This document shows positions 30,201-38,479 of a stretch of DNA of 64,000 nt, piece by piece. Position 1 is the first letter of the stretch. Each line of letters starts with the position of its first letter. Origin of the DNA: Candidatus Kaiserbacteria bacterium (lineage in GTDB: Bacteria > Patescibacteriota > Minisyncoccia > Phycocordibacterales > UBA2100); the NCBI GenBank assembly GCA_016867375.1, contig VGJQ01000001.1:21394-85393 (forward strand). Direction: 5' to 3'. Both the position numbers and the translations under genes were made by a program. The notes below the pieces were generated by a model that saw nothing but the letters and a program-made list of their open reading frames with translations, did not search any database and was not told the origin of the DNA.

Positions 30201-30930
30201 CGCCAAATACACCAAGGGCACCTGGTCGGGCTTCATGAATCGCCCCACCAACGTCGATATGAATAAGAAACTCGTCGTCTTCTCGGTGCGCGACATGGAA
30301 GACGATCTCAAGCCCGCCGCCATGTACATCATCACACACCACATCTGGAACACCGTGCGTAAAGAGCTGCGCAAGCGCCTCCTCGTCATCGACGAGGCAT
30401 GGTGGATGATGCGCTCTGAAGATACTGCATCATTTCTCTTCTCGATCGCAAAGCGCGGACGCAAATACTACCTCGGCATCTCGACCATCACCCAAGACGT
30501 CTCCGACTTCCTCAACTCTCCGTACGGCATTCCCATGATCACCAACTCATCGATTCAGCTCCTCCTGCGCCAATCTCCGACATCGGTCGATCTCGTCCAG
30601 AGCACCTTCAAACTCTCCGATGAGGAAAAATATCTCTTGCTCGAATCCGACGTGGGGGAGGGGATTTTCTTCGCCGGACTCAAGCACGTCGCACTCAAAG
30701 TGATTGCATCGTACACCGAAGACCAGATCATCACCTCTGACCCATCACAAATCCTCGCCATCAAGAAAGCGAAGCAAAATCTCGCCGCAGCAGGTGAGGG
30801 CGGCCCCGCCGCTGAAGCAGCTATCGCCGAAGTGTCCGCCCAAACGATGGTAGAACATGCTGCGCCCGGTGCCGACACCGCGGGCGTGGGTGCAAGCTCT
30901 CTCAACAGCAATGCGCTTAAGAGCGTATGA
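27259..30930 (+). CDS. virB4: VirB4-family T4SS ATPase precursor containing an intein
   Basis: Walker A AKSGAGK|...|S, VIDPEREY, INPFD, Walker B LLVIDEAW, RGRKY..ITQD. Confidence 0.9.
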   Translation: MALLDLLHLGDKNKKDTEGPGIIPVLPAEIYQTGVLDLQDVIAPHALQINSRELDLGEKIARTFFVISYPRFLTTGWFAPIINMDKVIDISIFVHPMDTNEMLRKFQKKVAEVQSQISTREEKGMVRDPMLDTAYQDLEQLRDSLQQAQERIFDVGLYLTIYGNTREEIDKAEAAVRSILESRLVYIRPALFQQEQGFRSVLPLCTDLLDVHTKLNSAPLSSIFPFISFDLTSDRGILYGINRHNSSLILFDRFSLENYNSVTFAKSGAGKSLRGNESVLIRRNGVIHRERIGSVVERLIKKHGATKIDEELEGVIDPGFEVFSFDKNMRAGWSMVSVAARKEAPDIYYTFKTKSGREVTTTADHNMLVLRDCKVIAAKSEDVREGEYIPLPRQVHATSGGSHHELTKDFASLLGWISAEGAFTDRSIVISNTEQEALDQIATLCANLHLNHTRNARWIAVYGKALRVYLHSIEADGLSGRKRVPAPVFGASREIVAAYLRAYFEGDGGVEDHEVTVLSKSKELISGISYLLYYFGIISRIQKRHKRYAATGGYRTFWQLQISGQDNIRKFQEYVGFVSTRKQSALAPIAAKAGNTNVDIVPGLQPLAQELASLFDSQLSDIADFSALKQGRNLSPQHLGRFVSTMEERVQRFKDLYPFMQKLQDLPTVGAIIKKADEDRELNRGLIEAMSSSWFTIKQGMAPRAKNALKIFETAGMDAPKTVDELKTMLNEGIANLRVPANGFDGGYLARTLGGMRDNASYDLLHAAAQFIAGEYHRILQNLNRVEEIITTLKTLAEADLFWDPIVSITKKENIGDKYVYDLTVDDEVFLAGHGGMFVHNSYTTKLEILRSLMFDTEVIVIDPEREYEYLAETVGGRYFNISLSSEHHINPFDLPIPREDENPSDVLRNNTIALVGLFRIMLGGLTPEEDAIIDKAITETYALKDISADANFAAVEPPLLSDFELVLSGMEGSESLVQRLAKYTKGTWSGFMNRPTNVDMNKKLVVFSVRDMEDDLKPAAMYIITHHIWNTVRKELRKRLLVIDEAWWMMRSEDTASFLFSIAKRGRKYYLGISTITQDVSDFLNSPYGIPMITNSSIQLLLRQSPTSVDLVQSTFKLSDEEKYLLLESDVGEGIFFAGLKHVALKVIASYTEDQIITSDPSQILAIKKAKQNLAAAGEGGPAAEAAIAEVSAQTMVEHAAPGADTAGVGASSLNSNALKSV
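28072..29781 (+). mobile_element. Intein (570 aa) with LAGLIDADG endonuclease, inserted in the VirB4 Walker A
   Basis: Starts SLRGNE, block B TADH, LLGWISAEG and YLRAYFEGDG, ends YVYDLTV...FVHN followed by Ser+1. Confidence 0.93.
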
Positions 30931-31280
30931 GTCCACATCGTGGTATAAGTCTCGGAGCCAATATCGCGCTTCAGACATGTGCGCTCATTATTGATGGTCT
31001 GCAAGTTGTTGTCAGTCTGTTGAGTTTACTTCCATTCGTTGGATTCGTGCTCTCTTATGTTTTAGGTGTCACACTTAATATCTTAGCGTTCCTTCTCTTT
31101 GGGTTTTGGTTTTCCGTGCTCGGTGTCTGTATTTTTAGGAGTTATCCGCTCCATTTTATTGTCGCAATCATCCTGGAGAATGTCCCTCTCTTTAATTTTG
31201 TTCCTGGGTGGTGGGGATTTGTCTCATATATCATCGATAGGGAGAATGCGAAAGCATCTGGCTCATCCGGTACGCTATAA
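30927..31280 (+). CDS. Small membrane protein
   Basis: 117-aa hydrophobic ORF overlapping the virB4 stop; LENVPLFNFVPGW. Confidence 0.65.
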   Translation: MSPHRGISLGANIALQTCALIIDGLQVVVSLLSLLPFVGFVLSYVLGVTLNILAFLLFGFWFSVLGVCIFRSYPLHFIVAIILENVPLFNFVPGWWGFVSYIIDRENAKASGSSGTL

Positions 31281-31288
31281 TATACAAT

Positions 31289-32344
31289 ATGGCCTTAGTT
31301 AAAAGAGCGGGAATGTTGGTACCGACGATTCTCTTGTTCCTACTCATTTTCTTCACGTTTGCGCAAGCCCAAGCAATCTTCACCGCACCAGATCCTGGCA
31401 CACATATACAGATCATCATGAGCCCGCAATACCCTTCTGCGGGGGAGACCGCACATCTCGTCGTCCGAGGGGGATCGCTTATCAACATCAGCGACAGCAC
31501 CATCATCTGGTCTTTAAATGGCACTGTCATCTCAAAAGGGGTGGGGCGCTCTTCTATCGATATGAAAATTGGCCCGCTCGGACAAGCACACAATATCACG
31601 GTGATCATACAATCGCCCGACGGTTCGAGTACATCAGAATCACTTTCATTCGTACCTACCCATATCGATCTTCTCATTGATTCCGACTCGTATACACCGC
31701 CATTTTACCGAGGACGCGCCCTCCCGTCTCCGGGCACGCAGCTACATCTACAAGCTTTGACGTATTTCAAGCGCACAAACGGAACACACATCCCTTCCAG
31801 TTCGATCATATACACATGGAGACGCAACAATCAGGTCCTCGGCACCGTATCGGGAAAAGGACGCTCAACCGTCACCATACCGGCTCCCGTACCCTACAGT
31901 ACCGACACCCTCTCGGTCGATGCGACCACCGCAGATGGCTCTCTGCGCGGATCTGCCACCATACGCCTCTCATCGGTTGATCCTGTCCTCGCACTATACC
32001 AAGATCACCCACTGTTTGGCGTGATGTATCATCAACTGATGGGAGGTGACACGATGATTCCTGATTCGGAGGCGACATTTGTTGCAGTGCCATACTTCTC
32101 GGGAATCTCAAGCCCCACCGACCCACAACTGCGCTACACCTGGACAGTCAACAGTGTGGCCGCCCCGACAAATGCCACGCGCCCCGACAAAATCGTCATC
32201 AATGCGGACAAGTCGGACGGCAAAGCTGTAATCGAGCTTTCACTGACACACGCCACCAACTTCTTTATGAATCTCAAACAGACATGGGACGCCGTGTTTC
32301 GGACCACCACCTCTTTTGACAATCCGTTTTCAGCTGGCCTATAA
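31289..32344 (+). CDS. Secreted protein with Ig-like beta-rich repeats
   Basis: Signal peptide AQAQA; repeated IIWSLNG / YTWRRN / YTWTVN; SYTPPFYRGRALP. Confidence 0.75.
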   Translation: MALVKRAGMLVPTILLFLLIFFTFAQAQAIFTAPDPGTHIQIIMSPQYPSAGETAHLVVRGGSLINISDSTIIWSLNGTVISKGVGRSSIDMKIGPLGQAHNITVIIQSPDGSSTSESLSFVPTHIDLLIDSDSYTPPFYRGRALPSPGTQLHLQALTYFKRTNGTHIPSSSIIYTWRRNNQVLGTVSGKGRSTVTIPAPVPYSTDTLSVDATTADGSLRGSATIRLSSVDPVLALYQDHPLFGVMYHQLMGGDTMIPDSEATFVAVPYFSGISSPTDPQLRYTWTVNSVAAPTNATRPDKIVINADKSDGKAVIELSLTHATNFFMNLKQTWDAVFRTTTSFDNPFSAGL

Positions 32345-32350
32345 CACCGT

Positions 32351-33619
32351 ATGAAAACATTGAGACTCGTACTACTCTACATGCTTGCCGCACTCCTCGT
32401 TATTATTTTAGGAGGTGTTACCGGCTGGTATTTCTTTTTACACATTCCTCAAGAAAAAAGTGCTGCTATAGACGCCGCGCGCGGACTGGGGCCCTCGCCG
32501 CTCTCCTTTACAGGAGGAAGCACACAAAAAAATGTAAGCATGGTCGTGAGCGGCGAATCTGGGACAAGCACCACTCCAACGCCCGACACAGCTTCGTCGA
32601 CACCCTCACACCTCTGGCAGGTCGACAAAACGCCCGTGGCAGGCATGCGCTTCGTGAAGCAGGGGACCACGACGACACTTCATTTTGTAGAGCGCGCCAA
32701 CGGATTCTTGTTTACCGCTGACTATGCGCAGCGATCGACTGTCCGCATCACTGAAACACTCATGCCGAAAATGTATGAGGCATTTATGAGTGCCGACGGG
32801 GGGGTTATACAACGATCACTTGATGAGAGTGGCTCCATCACCACCTTCGTGTCGACCGTGGGTGCGACCACCTCGAAGACAAGCACCTCGACCGAAAAGA
32901 ATTCACTCAACGGCTCATATATCGCAAAAAATATTCACATACTCGCTGTTCATCCGTCCGCACGCTCGTTCTTCTATTTTATCTCCAATGACTCCGGCGG
33001 GGTCGACGGCATGACCGCTTCTTGGAGCGGGACAAAACCGAAAAAGATATTCAGCTCGACCATGAGGCATTGGATTCCACTCTGGCTCGCTGACAACCGT
33101 CTCGTCATTACAGAAGGTGCGTCTGACGACCTTCCAGGCCATAGTTATAGTGTCGCAAGCGACGGATCTCTCGTACTCCTTCTCGGTAATGTGCCAGGGC
33201 TCACCATCCTCCCACACCCTTCCTCAAAAGCGCTAATCTACGGATCGTCGATGGGCGGCAAGCTGACACTCTTCACGCAGGGGGTAGCGAGTACGACGCC
33301 AACCGCGCTTGAAATAGAGACTATCGCGGACAAATGTGTATGGCTTGAGAGTAAGAGTCTGATCGCATACTGTGCAGTGCCCTCCACCCCACCATCCGGA
33401 AAATTTCTCGACTCGTGGTACCGCGGAGCAGTGCACACTGTCGATAACTGGTGGAAGATCGATGTGGCCGCGAACGCAGCGATGCAGATCTACTCACCAA
33501 AAGAATCTGACGGTGTAAAAATCGACGTCGAGCGCCCCATGATCGACCCGACCGGAAATTATCTCGCCTTTATCAATGCATCCGACAAGTCGTTGTGGAT
33601 GTTAAAAATACCTCAATAA
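32351..33619 (+). CDS. Membrane-anchored beta-propeller-like hypothetical protein
   Basis: N-terminal TM; ADKCVW...YCAVP; beta-rich. Confidence 0.72.
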   Translation: MKTLRLVLLYMLAALLVIILGGVTGWYFFLHIPQEKSAAIDAARGLGPSPLSFTGGSTQKNVSMVVSGESGTSTTPTPDTASSTPSHLWQVDKTPVAGMRFVKQGTTTTLHFVERANGFLFTADYAQRSTVRITETLMPKMYEAFMSADGGVIQRSLDESGSITTFVSTVGATTSKTSTSTEKNSLNGSYIAKNIHILAVHPSARSFFYFISNDSGGVDGMTASWSGTKPKKIFSSTMRHWIPLWLADNRLVITEGASDDLPGHSYSVASDGSLVLLLGNVPGLTILPHPSSKALIYGSSMGGKLTLFTQGVASTTPTALEIETIADKCVWLESKSLIAYCAVPSTPPSGKFLDSWYRGAVHTVDNWWKIDVAANAAMQIYSPKESDGVKIDVERPMIDPTGNYLAFINASDKSLWMLKIPQ

Positions 33620-33624
33620 TAAGT

Positions 33625-34050
33625 ATGCGCATACGTACTATCGCCACCCCACTTGTCGTCTGTTTGTGCATGATCGCAGTGTTTTATGTGGCCACGACCA
33701 TGGCGGCACATGCACAAGGCCAGCCTGGTCAACAAACATTCGTGTCGTTATCAAAAATTGAACAACAATCTCAAAAAACAAGCGGAATGTTTGCGGACAG
33801 AGATCTTCCCACCTTCATCAACCGTATTTTCTTCTTCCTCATCACGCTCGGCGCTATGCTCGCAGTGGGACGACTCGCATACGCCGGATGGCTGTACATG
33901 CTCGGCGACAATTACGGCAACCTCAGCAAGGCAAAGACTATCATCGGCAATGTGGTAATCGGCCTCTTACTCCTCCTCTCAATCTGGCTGATCCTCAACC
34001 TGATAAATCCGCAGATTCTCAATCTGGATGTGCTCCAGTCGATCAAGTGA
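33625..34050 (+). CDS. TrbC/VirB2-like pilin
   Basis: Signal-like N-terminus, two TMs, YAGWLYM...AKTIIGNVVIGL...LINPQIL. Confidence 0.75.
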   Translation: MRIRTIATPLVVCLCMIAVFYVATTMAAHAQGQPGQQTFVSLSKIEQQSQKTSGMFADRDLPTFINRIFFFLITLGAMLAVGRLAYAGWLYMLGDNYGNLSKAKTIIGNVVIGLLLLLSIWLILNLINPQILNLDVLQSIK

Positions 34051-34134
34051 TTGATGATGGGGGCGATATCCATCACCCACACTGCTGAACCCCGCAAGAG
34101 AGCTGCAGGATAGGTGGCTTGCAATAGTAGATGG

Positions 34135-34701
34135 CTAGGCTGCGTATCGGATAACGACTCGGCGATTACGTCCTTCGCCCTGTGATTCTGTTTTTACATT
34201 GGACGCGCCCGAGAGCGTAGCGTGTATGATAAGGCGCTCATAGGCGCTCATAGGGGAGAGCTCTACATCATATTGGAAGGAGCGCGCGCGCTCAGCCATA
34301 ATCAGTGCCTTTGATTGGAGATCTTTGATATGTTTGGTCCGCTGATCGTTGATATCGACCAAAAAGAGATTGCGGGCATGATCTTCTACCTTTTCTGATC
34401 CCGCGGCGGAGGCCGTGCGTTTTTCAGTAATCTTTTTTACTAAAAAGTCAATCGCATGCGCCACATCAGCCTGAAAACCATATGGCCCTTGATTGAGATT
34501 TTTGGTCGAGATCGAATAGATTATTTGTCCGGCTAATTCATTCTCGGACACGTCGCTATATTCGATACCGGCTGCGTTCAATAATTCTTTGACGGTGGAG
34601 ATGATGTCGGCGCTCACCTCGTTAGAAAGCCGTTCACGCACCTTTTCAGTCGGATTCTGATCTGGTTGGGTATGTTCTTCGAAGTTTCTAAGAGGGTTCA
34701 T
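34135..34701 (-). CDS. jag: Jag/KhpB-family R3H RNA-binding protein
   Basis: LSPMSAYERLIIH, TESQGEGRNRRVVI; downstream of yidC. Confidence 0.85.
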   Translation of the reverse strand: MNPLRNFEEHTQPDQNPTEKVRERLSNEVSADIISTVKELLNAAGIEYSDVSENELAGQIIYSISTKNLNQGPYGFQADVAHAIDFLVKKITEKRTASAAGSEKVEDHARNLFLVDINDQRTKHIKDLQSKALIMAERARSFQYDVELSPMSAYERLIIHATLSGASNVKTESQGEGRNRRVVIRYAA

Positions 34702-34766
34702 TGAGCCTTTGTATCACACAACAGGCCCCTCATGCAAATAAGGGCTCACGATACCTCCAGTCTTGT

Positions 34767-35489
34767 CTAGTTAAATCTTCGACCAGAGGCGTATTCTTGC
34801 ACGATCATGAAGAGGTTGCTCGTGACATAATAGAGCGCCGCTGCCGCCGGGACGACATATACGACGAAGCCGACCACGATCGGCAAGATATACCGCACCT
34901 GCAGATCAAAACTGCGCGCCATATCGGCAGAAAGCGACTCCTCAACGGCCGTCTGCCCGACGCGCGGCCCCATAGAGAGCCTTGAATACACGAGTTGGGT
35001 GAGGGCTGTCAGTGCGGCAAGCGGGATATTGTACTTGGCACCCATATCGACAAACCCAAGAAAGAGCATACTGATCGATTCGGGACTAGGGACAAAGGAG
35101 TAGAGAACGTTTGCATTCACTTCCGGCAGTCCACCCATAGCAAATATCCAGTAGAGTGCGATCAAGATCGGTAGCTGAATGAGCATCAAACCGAGACCCG
35201 CAAACGGATGAATGTCGTGTTCGCGATAGTACGCGAGAACGGCCTGCGTCTGCTCTGGTGAGTTCTTTTTAAACTTCTTTTTCAGCTCTTCCACTTCAGG
35301 AACGGCCTTTTTCATCGCCATTTGGGACTGAATAGCGCGCTTGGAGAGGGGATATATGATGATTCTGACCAATAGAGTCAATACAACAATCGCAACCCCC
35401 ACATCATGTCCCGGCAATATATCCACCAAAAACATGAGTCCGTTGTACAGCGGATCATATACGATTGCGTGGAATATCGAAGAAATCAT
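34767..35489 (-). CDS. yidC: Membrane protein insertase YidC (short form)
   Basis: AIVVLTLLVRII, LIQLPILIALY, ALYYVTSN. Confidence 0.93.
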   Translation of the reverse strand: MISSIFHAIVYDPLYNGLMFLVDILPGHDVGVAIVVLTLLVRIIIYPLSKRAIQSQMAMKKAVPEVEELKKKFKKNSPEQTQAVLAYYREHDIHPFAGLGLMLIQLPILIALYWIFAMGGLPEVNANVLYSFVPSPESISMLFLGFVDMGAKYNIPLAALTALTQLVYSRLSMGPRVGQTAVEESLSADMARSFDLQVRYILPIVVGFVVYVVPAAAALYYVTSNLFMIVQEYASGRRFN

Positions 35490-35510
35490 AGGATTAATTG
35501 TAGCGTGTAA

Positions 35511-35785
35511 GGGCTCGTCCGCAAATAATACACCTGTTATGCGCAGACTACGCGTTAGTCATCGGAAAAGTGAAAGGCAGCGCGATTCCTTTCAGGAATC
35601 GCGCCACCCCTACAACCCTACATGGCACAAGTCTGACTTGTGCCATTACCACTTTTAATCACAGACTCCGCTGTTGAGCCACTTGTGTGGCATGCCATGG
35701 AGCGCGTCGTGGATGAAAGTGCAGTCGTCGATGTAGTATGGCTAAAAAGGCGTCGCCTTTATCGGATAAAGGCGACGCCTTTTAG
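35511..35785. repeat. Cluster of hairpin/REP-like repeats between yidC and rnpA
   Basis: MITE-like copy at 35511; hairpins 35580-35604 and 35622-35646; AAAGGCG(T/A)CGCCTTT doublet at 35742-35785. Confidence 0.8.
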
Positions 35786-35813
35786 AAAAAATGAACTCGT
35801 GCAGGACGTGAGA

Positions 35814-36155
35814 TTATTGATAAAAATTATTAGTGCATAGTAGAGTGTGAATATCAGCCCTCAACTGATCAAATGTGGCTTGTACGCTCGCCGCATTTGC
35901 ATAAAGGGCAAGGGCGACCGGCTTCTTGATATGCCCCACCTCCAGACGCACGATTTCCCGGCAGCGACGCTTGATGCGGTTGCGGTCCGTCGCCTTCCGA
36001 ACAGCTTTTTTGGCTACAATACAAGCTATTTTAGGGTGTGTGCCCACGGGAAGGGGGGTTATGGCAAGCATACAATAGACCCCGCGCACGCGGCGCGTCT
36101 TTTGGGTAGAAAGTGCCTTAAAATCAGAGCGTGTAAGCCGAAATCGAGAGGGCAT
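35814..36155 (-). CDS. rnpA: Ribonuclease P protein component
   Basis: KATDRNRIKRRCRE (RNR motif); between rpmH and yidC. Confidence 0.92.
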   Translation of the reverse strand: MPSRFRLTRSDFKALSTQKTRRVRGVYCMLAITPLPVGTHPKIACIVAKKAVRKATDRNRIKRRCREIVRLEVGHIKKPVALALYANAASVQATFDQLRADIHTLLCTNNFYQ

Positions 36156-36289
36156 TAGACGGTGATTTTTGCGCGCCCCTTGCGGCGGCGGCGGACAAGG
36201 ACTTTGGCGCCGGTCTTGGTGGCACTACGCACCAAAAAACCATGGGTCTTCGCTCGTTTACGCTTTTTGGGCTGGTATGTTCGCTTCAT
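36155..36289 (-). CDS. rpmH: 50S ribosomal protein L34, absent from the ORF track
   Basis: [44 protein letters not shown]. Confidence 0.97.
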   Translation of the reverse strand: MKRTYQPKKRKRAKTHGFLVRSATKTGAKVLVRRRRKGRAKITV

Positions 36290-36352
36290 GCGGCCACTAT
36301 ACCGTATCTATACCCAAACTCAAGTTATTGGGGAGGGGTTATTGGGGAGGGG

Positions 36353-36474
36353 TGTGGCCGTATGGTGTTCTGGAACCATACCTACATTTTCACGCTTGCT
36401 GTTTGAGCTCCTGCTCTACATATGTGCCGGATATCCGTTCGCTGCGCGATGTTCCAGAACACCATACGGCCACA
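36353..36474. repeat. Long-stem structured element, copy C
   Basis: Perfect 24-bp arms; core GAGCTCCTGCTCTAC..TGTGCC..GTTCGCTGCGCGAT. Confidence 0.85.
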
Positions 36475-36554
36475 TTCCTGACACCAACCTCCGGGCAACG
36501 TGCGTGGCCGTGTGTTTTGCCGTCTTCGCAGCCGCGACTAATCACACCCACCCT

Positions 36555-36685
36555 CAAGCGGTAGTGGCATACTGTTTTGGAACATCGCGCAGCGAACAAA
36601 CATCTGGCACACTAGTAGAGCAGGAGCTCGAAAAGAAAGGGTGGGACGAGGGTGTGGTTCCGAAACAGTATGCCACTACCGCTTG
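36555..36685. repeat. Long-stem structured element, copy D (inverted relative to C)
   Basis: 29-bp arms with 1 mismatch; core is the reverse complement of the copy C core. Confidence 0.85.
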
Positions 36686-36693
36686 TCCCCACC

Positions 36694-36771
36694 TTATCCA
36701 CACCTTGTGAACAACTCCGGAGAAAAGCGCCTTGCTTCTTAAAAAAGAATAGAAGCGTATAATGTGGATAA
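36694..36771. promoter_or_regulatory. DnaA boxes upstream of dnaA
   Basis: TTATCCACA 36694-36702, TGTGGATAA 36763-36771, near-box TGTGAACAA at 36706; TATAAT at about 36758. Confidence 0.8.
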
Positions 36772-36859
36772 GGGCTCGTCCACAAATAACGTACTCGTTA
36801 TTTGTGGCAGCCACTTATGGACCCGTTCATTTTATGTTGAACTTTTTATGAACGGGTCC
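36772..36859 (+). repeat. Composite MITE-like double hairpin in the dnaA leader
   Basis: TAA|GGGCTCGTCCACAAATAACG...GGACCCGTTCAT...ATGAACGGGTCC|TAA. Confidence 0.8.
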
Positions 36860-36887
36860 TAACTAATACATATCACTCCAACTACCT

Positions 36888-38243
36888 ATGATGGCAAACC
36901 GAGAATTGTGGCAAAATGCACTCGTACAGATCGAGCTCGGCACGTCGGAGACCAGTTTTCGGACGTGGTTTCGCAATACGGATATCGCCAGTCGGGAAGG
37001 GGGAGTGGTACACGTCGCCGTACCATCAAAGATCGTAAAAGAGTGGCTCACCGACAAGCACAACAAGCTCATCCTCAAAACACTCCGTAGTTTAGATCCT
37101 TCGGTACGGACGGTAGAATACACGATTCACAAATCTATCGCCTCTCCTGTGAATGACCGTAAAACACCTCGCCAACCTTCCCCTGAAAATGCATCGCTCG
37201 ACCTCAGCAGCCTCTACATCGATAAGCGGGACAATTTGAACCCTCGCTATACCTTTGAAACCTTTGTGGTGGGACCATTCAATCAGCTCGCGCACGCGGC
37301 TGCAAAAGCAGTGCTTGAGCGCCCCGGACTCACCTATAATCCACTTTTTATCTATGGATCGACCGGACACGGAAAAACCCACCTTATTCAGGCAGTGGGG
37401 AATTACTTCAAGAAAACCCACGCCAATAAAAAGGTTTTGTATGTGACTTCCGAACGATTCGCCATCGACTACATAAACGCCGTGCGCTCCGGCCACGCCA
37501 ACACCTTCAAAGACCAGTATCGCCAATATGACGTCCTCATCATGGACGACATCCAATTCATCGCAAACACGGAAAAGACCCAAGAGGAGCTTTTTCACCT
37601 CTTCAACGCGCTTCGAGACAACAATAAACAGATCGTGTTTTCATCTGACAAACATCCATCACTCCTGAGCGGTCTCGAGGAGCGCCTCAAGAGCCGTTTT
37701 GCAGGGGGTATGATCGCCGAGATCCCTGAGCCGGACGTCGAGTCACGCACAGCGATCATCCGTGCCAAGATCGAACAGCACGGATTCTCGATCCCTGAGG
37801 ATATCATCAGCTACATCGCCGAAAACGTCCGCGGCAACATCCGCGAACTTGAAGGTGTCTTGAATATGATCGTCTGCCGATCGCAGTTGAAAGGCAAAAC
37901 CATCTCTCACGCCGACGTAAAAGCGCTTATTAAACACAATATGAAACCCTCGAAAGGCGTTTCGGTGGATGAGGTGGTGCGCCGCATCGCCCACTACTAT
38001 GACATCACCGAGAAAAACATCTATGAAAAGACGCGTAAAAAGGAGGTGGTGCGGCCGCGCCAAGTCATTATGTACATCCTTCGCGAGGAATTCAACATCT
38101 CATACCCTTCAATAGGGGAAAAGCTTGGAGGGCGAGATCACACCACCGTCATACACTCGTGTGAAAAAATCAAAGAGGAGGTGAAGGCAAACCCATCACT
38201 CGAAGCTGAGATCGAGCATATCCGCTCGCTTATCCAGGTATAA
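36888..38243 (+). CDS. dnaA: Chromosomal replication initiator DnaA
   Basis: LNPRYTFETFVVG, YNPLFIYGSTGHGKTHL, DDIQF, NIRELEG, GGRDHTTVIH. Confidence 0.98.
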   Translation: MMANRELWQNALVQIELGTSETSFRTWFRNTDIASREGGVVHVAVPSKIVKEWLTDKHNKLILKTLRSLDPSVRTVEYTIHKSIASPVNDRKTPRQPSPENASLDLSSLYIDKRDNLNPRYTFETFVVGPFNQLAHAAAKAVLERPGLTYNPLFIYGSTGHGKTHLIQAVGNYFKKTHANKKVLYVTSERFAIDYINAVRSGHANTFKDQYRQYDVLIMDDIQFIANTEKTQEELFHLFNALRDNNKQIVFSSDKHPSLLSGLEERLKSRFAGGMIAEIPEPDVESRTAIIRAKIEQHGFSIPEDIISYIAENVRGNIRELEGVLNMIVCRSQLKGKTISHADVKALIKHNMKPSKGVSVDEVVRRIAHYYDITEKNIYEKTRKKEVVRPRQVIMYILREEFNISYPSIGEKLGGRDHTTVIHSCEKIKEEVKANPSLEAEIEHIRSLIQV

Positions 38244-38479
38244 CCTGTGTATATGAATGGGTATAATAATATGAATAACAAGAGGAGTCTTTATAGGAAA
38301 TTCTGTGGGTATCTTCACTTTTTTTTCGACACGATCCTTTATCCCCGTAGGTATACATACACAGACACACTGTTTTCAACAGCGATCGATTGCTGTTACA
38401 GCTTTTCTTTCTGCCATATTTTGCCTTTTCCCCATTATCCACACCACTAGTAGTAATAGTAGTTTTTAATATAAAAGAT
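38244..38479. other. Putative oriC (dnaA-dnaN intergenic region)
   Basis: AT-rich; TTATCCACA at 38435-38443 plus degenerate boxes, followed by 3-nt-periodic CTAGTAGTAATAGTAG and an AT tract. Confidence 0.8.

Noticed and set aside
35560-35810. RNase P RNA or tmRNA near rnpA
   Set aside because: Lacks the GAGGAAAGUCC and tRNA-like end signatures; explained by independent hairpins
36162-36814. ORFs of 69-182 aa between rnpA and dnaA
   Set aside because: Antisense to rpmH or translations of the inverted structured repeats
38390-38479. Longer dnaN start
   Set aside because: Overlaps the DnaA box and unwinding region; MKISV at 38480 fits the family start
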